Assembly (NCBI GenBank): GCA_963700285.1
Contig: CAVOXA010000014.1
Coordinates: 832,001 to 896,000, forward strand
Source of the DNA: an uncultured Chloroflexia bacterium
GTDB taxonomy: Bacteria; Chloroflexota; Anaerolineae; JAAYZQ01
Reading direction: 5' to 3'
Length of the DNA stretch: 64,000 bases
Shown here: positions 10,220 through 18,907 of the stretch, one piece after another
How the letters are laid out: each line of letters opens with the position of its first letter
Numbering within the stretch: position 1 is the stretch's first letter
Position numbers and translations under genes: made by a program
Notes under the pieces: generated by a model
The model's input: the letters and a program-made list of their open reading frames with translations, nothing else
Told to the model about the DNA's origin: nothing
Databases searched by the model: none

Positions 10220-11379
10220 CAATGCTACCCCAGCCCCTTGCCCGAAGATGCCTTTTCCATATACCACTGGCGATTGACCCTCGCGGGGCCGTGGGTTCAC
10301 GGGTTAGACCCCTGGGTATGATTTCTGGATTTGAGGAGATTGGCTACCAAGTTGATACCATCTGGGGTCAAGCTGCAGAGCGGGAGCGTTCTATAGAAGC
10401 AGTGAAACGCAACGTTGAAGCAGGTGTACAGTATGATTTTCTGTACTCGGAATCATCCACGATGCCTACCATACTCACTGAGAACAACCACCTTCCCTCT
10501 CACCCCTTTTTGGACTTTGGGCTCTTTCGCTTCTGCCAGCGTGCCGGTATGCCAATCGGGCTCTTTTACCGGGATGTGCACTGGCGATTCGAGCAGTATC
10601 GCCAGCATGTGAGCTGGTACAAGCGTGCGGTGACGGTCCCCCTGTATCACCTTGACCTCTGGGCCTATCGCCATTGGGTGGACGTACTTTTCCTGGTTCA
10701 CCTAAAGATGCTCAGGTACGTGCGCTTCTGGCCCCATCAGAAACCTGTCTGCGAATTGCCCCATGGCGGCAAGATCGTCGAACTCGATCCTGTTCCACCA
10801 CCGGGACAGTTGCGCTTGTTCTACGTCGGTGGAGTACTCCCTCCCCTATATGACGTTAGCAATCTGTTGGAGGGAGTACATCAAGCAGTACATTGGGGAG
10901 TGGATGTCCATCTCACCATCTGTTGTCCCAAAGACCAGTGGCAAAGCAGACCCGAATCATACGCTGCATGGACAGGTGACTGGTTGACGGTCGTACACGT
11001 CTCTGGAGAGAGCTTGCGGGCACTCTACCAGGAACATCATATCGCCATGGTGTATCTGGTGCCCCCGCCATACTTTGATTTTGCCATGCCGGTCAAGGTT
11101 CCGGAGGCTACAGGTTTTGGCCGGCCGCTGATAGCTGTGGAGCCCACGGCAGTCGCCGACTTTGTCAAGCAGGAAGGATGTGGCTGGACCGTGTCTTCGG
11201 ACCCGACATCACTGGCGGATCTGCTTCGGCAACTTCAAGCAGACCCCTCGCTGATTGAGGAGAAGACAAAGACCGTCCAAGATATCCGGCACGAACACAC
11301 TTGGGCCAAGCGTGCGGAGAAAGCGGCCAGCATTCTCACCGCGATTGGTGAAGCCAATCGGCGTACCCGCCAGGAATGA
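10216..11379 (+). CDS. GT4-like glycosyltransferase
   Basis: FYRDVHW, FAMPVKVPE..GFGRP, HTW..RA. Confidence 0.8.
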   Translation: MTMLPQPLARRCLFHIPLAIDPRGAVGSRVRPLGMISGFEEIGYQVDTIWGQAAERERSIEAVKRNVEAGVQYDFLYSESSTMPTILTENNHLPSHPFLDFGLFRFCQRAGMPIGLFYRDVHWRFEQYRQHVSWYKRAVTVPLYHLDLWAYRHWVDVLFLVHLKMLRYVRFWPHQKPVCELPHGGKIVELDPVPPPGQLRLFYVGGVLPPLYDVSNLLEGVHQAVHWGVDVHLTICCPKDQWQSRPESYAAWTGDWLTVVHVSGESLRALYQEHHIAMVYLVPPPYFDFAMPVKVPEATGFGRPLIAVEPTAVADFVKQEGCGWTVSSDPTSLADLLRQLQADPSLIEEKTKTVQDIRHEHTWAKRAEKAASILTAIGEANRRTRQE

Positions 11380-11392
11380 GGACTGTCCGGAC

Positions 11393-12391
11393 ATGAAGAT
11401 CATCCACGTCCGCGATGTGGCCAATGTGGCTCACTTCCTCGTTCGCGGCCTTTCAGAGTTGGGTCACGAGGTTGATTTCATATCGCCCAGCGAAAGTGCT
11501 GAGCAGCGCGTTTGGCGCAAGGCGTTGACGGCGCACCGTCGACTTGACGATGGTCTAAGGATCAACGCCCACATCCATCAACAAGGGTTCGACATCGTAC
11601 ACTTTCACTACGCCAATTCGGGATGGATGGGCACACTGGGCAGATATCCTTACTTTCTCCACTGTCACGGCAGTGACGTACGACTGGATCTATACCATCC
11701 CGTACGCAAATGGCCAGTGCTCCGCAGCCTGCGAGGCGCCTGCGGGGTATTCATCTCTACGCCAGACCTCTATCAGCACGTTGCCTCGGTCAGACCTGAT
11801 GCAGTGTTTCTACCCAATCCGATTGACACCCGTATCTTTTCCCCTCTGCCAAACGGTAGTCATACAAACACGCGCATACTGATAAACCAGGCACTGAAAG
11901 CATCAAAAGCACCAGATGTAGCCTTTGGAGCAGCTCGGCTGCTGAAACGTGCGTACAAGGACCTCGAAATCTGTGCCATTGCCCATGGCCCTGAATTAGA
12001 GCGCTTTCGGGACTGTGACGAGGTGCAATTCATCGAGCCAGTTCCCCATTGGCGCATGCCAGAGGTCATCAATTCTTTCGACATCATTCTGGGACAGTTT
12101 GAGATTGGCTCCCTTGGCGTATCGGAACTTGAAAGCATGGCCTGCAGCAAGCCAGTAGTGTCTTGCGTAGACCAGGTCATGTACAGCGAATGGTACAGCG
12201 AGCCACCACCCATCCTCTCAGCCTGCGAAATCGACGCCGTCGTTGAGGCTGTGGTCTCCTTGATCCAGCAGAGAGACCTCGGGGAAGAACTCAGTTCGCA
12301 GGCTCGAGCCTGGGTGCTCGAGCATCACGACTATCTCGAGGTAGCCACAACGCTCGCAGCTCGCTATCAGACCTTTCTGGGCAGAGAATAA
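11393..12391 (+). CDS. GT4 glycosyltransferase
   Basis: MKIIH start, HCHGSD, LPNPID, GVSELESMACSKPVV. Confidence 0.85.
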   Translation: MKIIHVRDVANVAHFLVRGLSELGHEVDFISPSESAEQRVWRKALTAHRRLDDGLRINAHIHQQGFDIVHFHYANSGWMGTLGRYPYFLHCHGSDVRLDLYHPVRKWPVLRSLRGACGVFISTPDLYQHVASVRPDAVFLPNPIDTRIFSPLPNGSHTNTRILINQALKASKAPDVAFGAARLLKRAYKDLEICAIAHGPELERFRDCDEVQFIEPVPHWRMPEVINSFDIILGQFEIGSLGVSELESMACSKPVVSCVDQVMYSEWYSEPPPILSACEIDAVVEAVVSLIQQRDLGEELSSQARAWVLEHHDYLEVATTLAARYQTFLGRE

Positions 12392-13627
12392 GTGGAAGTG
12401 AAGATCTGGATTCTGAACCACTACGCACAGCCTCCTGATATGCCAGGAGGCACGCGACACTATGAACTGGGTCAACAGCTACTCCAGCATGGCTACGCTG
12501 TGACCGTTTTCGCCTCCAGTTTCCGCCACGCCCAGCGCCGTGAAAGCCAGTCATACAGCAGCCAGTCGAGCTTCGTCGAGGAGGTGGATGGCCTCCAGTT
12601 TGTTTGGCTCCGGACTTTTGCCTACCAAAGAAACGACTGGCGCCGGCTGGTCAACATGATTTCCTACCTTGTTCGTTCCTACTGGTGGGGACGCCGGCTT
12701 GCCCGTGCCGGTGGTCCTGTCCCAAAGCCCGATATCGTCCTCGGCTCCTCTGTCCATCTGCTGGCGGTACTTTCTGCCTATTTGCTGGCACGTCATTTCA
12801 AATCCCATTTTGTCATGGAGGTCCGTGACCTCTGGCCCCAGACCCTGGTAGAGATGGGAGCACTGTCCGAGCGCTCCCCTGTAACGCGCCTGCTACGAGA
12901 TCTCGAAAAGTACCTGTACCGGCACGCCGAACGGATCATCGTTCTGCTGCCCAAAGCAGTGGACTATATCACGAGGCAGGGCATTGACGCTGACAAGGTC
13001 GTGTGGATACCAAACGGGGTGAACCTATCGGACTACTCGCCCAGGGAACCAACCCGTACGGATGAGCCGCGCTTCACTGTGATGTACATGGGCGCCCATG
13101 GCCAGGCCAACGCGCTTGATGGTTTGTTGGACGCAGCTCAAATCGTTCAGAGTCGCGGCTACACGCATATACACTTTGCCCTCGTTGGCGATGGGCCAGA
13201 GAAGCAGGCACTATTGGATTATCAGCGCGAGCTGGGCCTTGCCAATGTCAGTTTTCGCGATCCGCTGCCCAAAAGCCAGGTTCCTCATGCGCTCCAACGC
13301 GCTGATGCCCTGGTTCTTCTTCTTCGGGATCTTGCCCTGTACCAATACGGTGTCAGTCTGAACAAGCTGTTTGACTACCTTGGAGCTGGCAAACCTATCA
13401 TCCTCGCCGGCAACCCGGCCAACAACCTCGTGGCCGAAGCGAGATGCGGGCTGAGTGTTCCACCTGGAGACGTTCCGGCCCTGGCAGAAGCGATCATCAG
13501 CCTGTACGAGATGCCGCCAGAACAACGCGATGCGATGGGCCAGCGGGGCCATTCATTTGCTGAACAGCACTATGACTACGCGCTGCTCGCCAAGCGATTG
13601 ATGCTTGTGCTGGACGAATTGCAATGA
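12392..13627 (+). CDS. GT4 WbuB-like glycosyltransferase
   Basis: NHYA.PP..GGTRH, EVRDLWP, IPNGV, NKLFDY.GAGKP. Confidence 0.9.
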   Translation: MEVKIWILNHYAQPPDMPGGTRHYELGQQLLQHGYAVTVFASSFRHAQRRESQSYSSQSSFVEEVDGLQFVWLRTFAYQRNDWRRLVNMISYLVRSYWWGRRLARAGGPVPKPDIVLGSSVHLLAVLSAYLLARHFKSHFVMEVRDLWPQTLVEMGALSERSPVTRLLRDLEKYLYRHAERIIVLLPKAVDYITRQGIDADKVVWIPNGVNLSDYSPREPTRTDEPRFTVMYMGAHGQANALDGLLDAAQIVQSRGYTHIHFALVGDGPEKQALLDYQRELGLANVSFRDPLPKSQVPHALQRADALVLLLRDLALYQYGVSLNKLFDYLGAGKPIILAGNPANNLVAEARCGLSVPPGDVPALAEAIISLYEMPPEQRDAMGQRGHSFAEQHYDYALLAKRLMLVLDELQ

Positions 13628-14265
13628 GACCGGTGGCCGAGACGCTCTACCGCTCGTGGGGCAAGCGATTCCTTGATCTGGCGATTGGGGTTCCGACCCT
13701 GATTGTGTTGTCACCCATTCTGCTGCTGGTATTCCTGGCGGTACGCATAAAACTCGGATCCCCGGCGCTCTTTCGCCAACAACGGCCTGGCTTGCATGGT
13801 CATGCCTTCACCATCCACAAGTTCCGGACCATGACCGACGCCCGTGATGACCAAGGCGACCTACTCACGGATACAGAGCGCCTGACAAAATTGGGTGCAT
13901 TCTTGCGAGGAACCAGCATAGACGAACTGCCAGAACTCTTTGACGTTCTGAGAGGAGACATGAGCCTGGTAGGACCGCGTCCCCTGTTGACGATCTACCT
14001 GGAACGCTACACGCCAGAGCAAATGCGTCGCCACAAGGCAAAACCAGGCATCACAGGTTGGGCACAGATCAATGGCCGAAACGCCATAACCTGGGAGCAA
14101 AAGTTTGCCTTCGACACATGGTACGTGGACCATCTGTCTCTGGGGGTGGACTTACAGATCCTCTTGCTCACAGCCTGGAAGGTCCTGAGGCGTGAGGGCA
14201 TCAACCCACCAGAACAGCCTACAACACCGGAGTTCATGGGAACGTCAGACCGGCAGATGTCGTGA
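13624..14265 (+). CDS. pglC: Undecaprenyl-phosphate sugar phosphotransferase (PglC-like priming enzyme)
   Basis: KRFLD, FRQ.RPG, KFRTM, SIDELPEL, GDMSLVGPRP, KPGITGWAQ. Confidence 0.85.
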   Translation: MRPVAETLYRSWGKRFLDLAIGVPTLIVLSPILLLVFLAVRIKLGSPALFRQQRPGLHGHAFTIHKFRTMTDARDDQGDLLTDTERLTKLGAFLRGTSIDELPELFDVLRGDMSLVGPRPLLTIYLERYTPEQMRRHKAKPGITGWAQINGRNAITWEQKFAFDTWYVDHLSLGVDLQILLLTAWKVLRREGINPPEQPTTPEFMGTSDRQMS

Positions 14266-14285
14266 ACTGCATCCAGGAGGGAACC

Positions 14286-14951
14286 ATGGATAGGGAGCAG
14301 ATCGCCATATTTGGCGCAGGGGGTTTTGGCAGAGAGGTGGCCCATTGGATTGAAGACTGCCAGCAGGCCTTCAACAACGTGCAGGCGGTGTGCTTTGTCG
14401 ACGACAATCTGGCCAGGCACGGCACAATACAAAACGACCTGCCTATCATGGGCCTCGCTTCGGCGCGAGAGTGCTTCCCTCAAGCCAAGATCGTCGGCGC
14501 CATTGGTTTGCCCAGCTTGCGCCAGCGTCTGATGGACAAGGCATCTGCCGCAGGCTTTGAGTTTGCTACGGTGATTCACCCGCGCACTGAACGATCCCGC
14601 TGGATCGAGATCGGTGGCGGAACAGTGATCTGCGCCGGCAACAAACTGACAACCAACATCGTCTTGGGCCAGCACGTTCAATTGAATATGGACTGTACAA
14701 TCGGCCACGATGTATTGATGGGTGACTATACCACGCTTGGTCCCGGAGTACACGTGTCAGGTTATGTCCATTTTGGAAAGCGAGTCTACGTTGGAACGGG
14801 GGCGGTGTTCATCCAGGGCACCGAGGACGCACCGCTTGTCATTGAAGATGATGCAGTCGTCGGTGCTGGAGCATGCGTCACCAAGCCGGTAGCTGCTGGT
14901 TTGACCGTCGTCGGTATCCCAGCGAGGCCATTGGCGAGGAAAGGGGCTTAG
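14286..14951 (+). CDS. pglD: PglD/NeuD-family sugar acetyltransferase (left-handed beta helix)
   Basis: IFGAGGFGREV, IGHD catalytic His, hexapeptide repeats, VGIPARP; GGAGG RBS. Confidence 0.8.
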   Translation: MDREQIAIFGAGGFGREVAHWIEDCQQAFNNVQAVCFVDDNLARHGTIQNDLPIMGLASARECFPQAKIVGAIGLPSLRQRLMDKASAAGFEFATVIHPRTERSRWIEIGGGTVICAGNKLTTNIVLGQHVQLNMDCTIGHDVLMGDYTTLGPGVHVSGYVHFGKRVYVGTGAVFIQGTEDAPLVIEDDAVVGAGACVTKPVAAGLTVVGIPARPLARKGA

Positions 14952-14953
14952 AT

Positions 14954-16138
14954 GTGACCGAAATGATCCCCATGTCTGGGCCGGACATTACCCCAGACGA
15001 GATCGATGCCGTCGAGGCAGTACTGCGCACGCCCTTTCTGAGCATCGGACCGCAGATCACCCAGTTTGAAGCACGCTTTGCCGAGTATGTTGGTACGGGC
15101 CACGCCGCCGGAGTCTCCAGTGGAACAGCCGGCTTGCATCTGGCATGCATCGCCGCCGGGGTTGGTGAGAGCGATCTTGTCGTGACGACGCCTTTCTCCT
15201 TTGTCGCCTCGGCGAACTGCATCCTCTACGAGCGAGCTGTCCCTGTTTTTGTGGACATAGACCCTGAGACCCTCAACGTGGACCCGGCGCTGGCGGCCAG
15301 CGCGGTTGACGACTTGGCGCGAGGTGGCAGCGCGGCACAACGCTGGCTCCCTCCTGCCATGCAGCATTCGTCGTCTTTTGCACGCAAGCCCAAAGCCATC
15401 CTGCCTGTCGACGTGTTTGGTCAACCAGCAGACTATGACGCTCTCCACGAGGCTGTCTGCAAGCATGGCTTGGTCATGATCGAAGATGCCTGTGAAGCCG
15501 TTGGCGCTGAGTACAAGGGAAGGAGAACCGGCACGCTGGGTGATGTAGCCGTATTTGCCTTCTATCCAAACAAGCAAATGACCACCGCTGAAGGTGGGCT
15601 CCTGGTCACCGATCGCGCCGACTGGGACGTCCTATTCCGCAGCCTTCGCAACCAGGGCCGCGACGAGAGTGGAACCTGGCTCAATCATGTGCGCCTGGGG
15701 TACAACTATCGGCTGAATGAACTGAGCGCAGCCCTGGGATTGGCTCAGTTGGCGCGCCTCGATGAGATCCTAAAGAAGCGTGAGCGCGTTGCCGAGATGT
15801 ACAATGAACGCCTAAGTCGCCTTAGCGGCTTATCGATTCCCCACATTGCGTCCACAACGACCCGGATGAGTTGGTTTGTCTACGTGGTCCGTCTGAACCC
15901 TGCCATCGATCGAAATACCGTGATCTCCCGCTTGAGGGAGCAAGGGATCGCGAGCCGGCCCTACTTTACACCCATCCACCTACAGCCCTTCTACGTCGAG
16001 AGGTTCGGCTACGGCTCGGGAGACTTTCCTGTAACGGAGGCCGTGGCCGAGAGCACGTTGGCACTCCCTTTCCACAGCAACCTGCAAGAAAAGACCGCCG
16101 ATTTCGTATGCGAGGGCCTGCGGCAGGCCACCAGATAG
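14954..16138 (+). CDS. DegT/DnrJ/PglE sugar aminotransferase
   Basis: SSGTAGLH, IEDACEA.G, FYPNKQMTT.EGG (PLP Lys), GYNYRL. Confidence 0.9.
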   Translation: MTEMIPMSGPDITPDEIDAVEAVLRTPFLSIGPQITQFEARFAEYVGTGHAAGVSSGTAGLHLACIAAGVGESDLVVTTPFSFVASANCILYERAVPVFVDIDPETLNVDPALAASAVDDLARGGSAAQRWLPPAMQHSSSFARKPKAILPVDVFGQPADYDALHEAVCKHGLVMIEDACEAVGAEYKGRRTGTLGDVAVFAFYPNKQMTTAEGGLLVTDRADWDVLFRSLRNQGRDESGTWLNHVRLGYNYRLNELSAALGLAQLARLDEILKKRERVAEMYNERLSRLSGLSIPHIASTTTRMSWFVYVVRLNPAIDRNTVISRLREQGIASRPYFTPIHLQPFYVERFGYGSGDFPVTEAVAESTLALPFHSNLQEKTADFVCEGLRQATR

Positions 16139-16218
16139 CAAAGAGGCCACAACTCGAGCCACCATGCATCGTACTTGATCAGAACGCAGGTTCAGACCAG
16201 CTGAGTTGTACCCTCCGG

Positions 16219-17160
16219 TCACTGGTCCTGTTGCTGCCCGCCTGAAAACAGGCCGTGCCGTCCCTGCCAGACCTTGATTCGCGTACCACGCTTGATCCAG
16301 AAGGACAGGCGCTCCGCATTGTGCCCGCGCCGAACAAAGGCCCGCTGAAGGGATCGCTGCATCTGAATCCACAGCCCCTGCAAGGTAGGCAGCCGCTCTA
16401 CCTCCCGATGCACTCTCACCAGCAAGTGTGCCAGCCTCTTGTGCGCGAAATCCGGATCGTTTCGGATTTCAGCCATGAGGCGTGGTTGCATGGTAGCCTC
16501 AGAGTAGTCGGTCCCGCTGTCTATGTCATAGATCATGAGTACCGTCAGCATAGGCGCAAGGACAAAGCGCTTGGCGCGGCTCTCTGCGCGCCTGAAATAC
16601 TCAATGCGTGGAAAGAGGTATGTCTCACTGGGCTGCTTCCAATATCCGATATCATCGACGACATCTCGACGGTGCATGGTTGCAGAAGCATGCGGCGGGA
16701 GAGGCGCATGGGGATAGGCGGGAATCTCCACGCGGCTGTAACCATTGGGCTGGACCACCTCCAGAATGGAAAAGACAAAGTCAGCACCGCTCTCCTCGAT
16801 ACAATCCACGAGGACCTGCAGATGATTGGGCAGCCACAGGTCGTCATGGTTGAGATAGGCAATGTACTCGCTCCTGGCGCGGCGCAAGCCCTCGTTGTTC
16901 GGCGCCGATTGATAACCCGAATTCCGAGGCAAATTATGCCAAAATACCCTGGGATCCCCGTAGGCCGTGACAATCTCCTCGGTGTCATCGGTACAAGCAT
17001 CGCCAATCACCCAAAGCTCAAAGTCAGCGAAGGTCTGCCACAATACACTGTCGATGGCATAGCGCAAAGCGCTGCTCTTGTTATAGGTTGCCATGACAAC
17101 CGTCACCTTTGGTACTGGGAAAGTCATTCCAAGCCTCCAGAGCTTTGCCATCACTTCCAC
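16219..17160 (-). CDS. GT2 glycosyltransferase
   Basis: VTVVMATYN, DACTD, N.GL..A.SEYIAYLNHDD. Confidence 0.85.
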   Translation of the reverse strand: MEVMAKLWRLGMTFPVPKVTVVMATYNKSSALRYAIDSVLWQTFADFELWVIGDACTDDTEEIVTAYGDPRVFWHNLPRNSGYQSAPNNEGLRRARSEYIAYLNHDDLWLPNHLQVLVDCIEESGADFVFSILEVVQPNGYSRVEIPAYPHAPLPPHASATMHRRDVVDDIGYWKQPSETYLFPRIEYFRRAESRAKRFVLAPMLTVLMIYDIDSGTDYSEATMQPRLMAEIRNDPDFAHKRLAHLLVRVHREVERLPTLQGLWIQMQRSLQRAFVRRGHNAERLSFWIKRGTRIKVWQGRHGLFSGGQQQDQ

Positions 17161-18450
17161 TCAGGCGGACTCAGCGACGGCCTGCTCCTTCGCCTTGAAG
17201 TACAGGGCAAAGTCAAGACGGTGGGGATCATAGGTCACATCCGACAGAAGAATCTTGCTATCCTTGGGTACGTTCCGCTTCAATACGACATCTTTGGCGA
17301 GGCAGATGGGCAAGCCAGGAGACTGGCCCTGGTCCGCGCAGTTCTCTATCAGGCCATAGCATGCGTACCCACCAACCCCATCCAATGTTGTGCCCTGCGG
17401 CAGGTCTTTCTTAGCGTAGGCATAAACATTCGTCCGGAAGCCAGCGCTTGGCTGGATGACGGCTCTGCCTTTGAGGGCAGCGTCTACGACACAGGCCAGG
17501 GCCTCGATATGACCGAGATGATAGGGGCGGTAGAACAGATAGAATGGACCTGGCCCCATCTTGGGCGGGAACCAATCCAGAGTGAACTGCTGGAACTCGT
17601 GCTCCGTGTAGCCAATAGCAAAGACCCCACCCGTTGGCTGCGCGCCAAGCACATAGTCGACCACGGCTTGCCTGTTGCGCCACAGAGTTTTGAAATCATA
17701 AAGCTGGAATACGTCATGCACGTGACTGCACCTCGGCCCATACATGCCTGGAACAGCAGTCCTAAGGCCCAAGGCATTGGCCACTACCGCCATCTCGACA
17801 CAAAGCTTGGTTCCGTCGGTGTATGAGGCACACATCTGATAGTCGAGGTTGCGCTTGTCAGCTTCTGGAGCAATCGAGATAGGGTCGGCATAGCGGTCCA
17901 GGTAGCCCTTGATGTTGCCCGCCATGACCAGATCAAATCGCCAAAAGCAGAGATCATCGATCAGTCTCTTGACCACGGCTGGCTGATCTCCATCGCACCC
18001 CGTATACACCAGCCCAAGCGTTCGCGCCTTTGAGAGTAGGAGAGGACCGAACATCAAGTCCGCCTCATAGTTCATCATCACCACGTGCTGGCCATGTTCC
18101 AGCGCAGTCAGAGCATGGTCGCCACCGGCTGGTATTGAACTGGTCGCCTCGAGGAACACATCTACACATTCACACTGAGCGAGGAACTTGCCATTCTCAC
18201 AGATTGCCAACTTGCCACGGCGGATAGTGTCGTGCACAGACCCCAGATCATGCGCGACTTCATAGTCCAGATTCAGCCACTCTGCACAGCCGATGGCTCG
18301 CTCGATCTGGGTATCTGCGATCGCCACACTGCGTATGCCGGGTGTCAAATTGCATTGAAAGACAAGGCCTTTGCCAATCGAACCGATGCCAGCGATTGCG
18401 ACTCGAATATCTGTCTCAAGGGATCGTAACTCGACCAGTCTGTCCACCAT
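17161..18450 (-). CDS. NAD(P)-dependent oxidoreductase, homoserine-dehydrogenase-like with C-terminal SAF domain (COG4091-like)
   Basis: AGIGSIG, MNYEAD, DGDQP, DGTKL..EM, YRPYHL, AKKDL..G..LDG.GG. Confidence 0.85.
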   Translation of the reverse strand: MVDRLVELRSLETDIRVAIAGIGSIGKGLVFQCNLTPGIRSVAIADTQIERAIGCAEWLNLDYEVAHDLGSVHDTIRRGKLAICENGKFLAQCECVDVFLEATSSIPAGGDHALTALEHGQHVVMMNYEADLMFGPLLLSKARTLGLVYTGCDGDQPAVVKRLIDDLCFWRFDLVMAGNIKGYLDRYADPISIAPEADKRNLDYQMCASYTDGTKLCVEMAVVANALGLRTAVPGMYGPRCSHVHDVFQLYDFKTLWRNRQAVVDYVLGAQPTGGVFAIGYTEHEFQQFTLDWFPPKMGPGPFYLFYRPYHLGHIEALACVVDAALKGRAVIQPSAGFRTNVYAYAKKDLPQGTTLDGVGGYACYGLIENCADQGQSPGLPICLAKDVVLKRNVPKDSKILLSDVTYDPHRLDFALYFKAKEQAVAESA

Positions 18451-18655
18451 TGGATATACCTCACAGCGCACAGGTCACGAGCGCCACTTTCCAGACACAT
18501 CTACCAATACGGGCCCCTCGGCGGTCCGGAACAGCGCCGGGCTTTCCTCACTACGAACTCGAGAAGGGGGATACCGACACGGTCAGGTGCAAAACCTTGC
18601 CATCTCGCCCACTGGGTCCGCCATTGTGACACTTTCATCGATTACAGCCTGAGGC

Positions 18656-18684
18656 ATTCTAGCACAGTTTCGCCACGAGCGCAA
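18656..18684 (-). promoter_or_regulatory. sigma70-type promoter of SAF-dehydrogenase/GT2 pair
   Basis: TTGCGC-17bp-TAGAAT with TGTGC extended -10. Confidence 0.6.
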
Positions 18685-18734
18685 AGCCTAGTTCTCACCC
18701 CATCGCGCAAAGGTGGTTGCCCTTTCAGTTTGGT

Positions 18735-18763
18735 TTGACCGGATGTTCCCGTTGGGGTATAAT
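18735..18763 (+). promoter_or_regulatory. sigma70-type promoter of pglF-like gene
   Basis: TTGACC-17bp-TATAAT. Confidence 0.75.
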
Positions 18764-18907
18764 GATCTCTAGCCTGCAGAAACAAGGGCAGTATTCCTGG
18801 GGATTCGGCATGATCCTTTCGTGCACTGTTGAACCAGACCGATGACCGAAGCTGGGAAGCATAGCCACCAAACAGGCAGGGCTCAGCGGGGAGACAGAGA
18901 GATATTT

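Noticed and set aside
16255-17826. 523-aa plus-strand ORF
   Set aside because: Antisense shadow of the GT2 and SAF-dehydrogenase genes, which abut in the same frame; no recognisable motifs
18510-18547. SRP-RNA-like GGTCCGGAA segment
   Set aside because: Lacks the rest of the conserved SRP domain IV motif and the flanking helix
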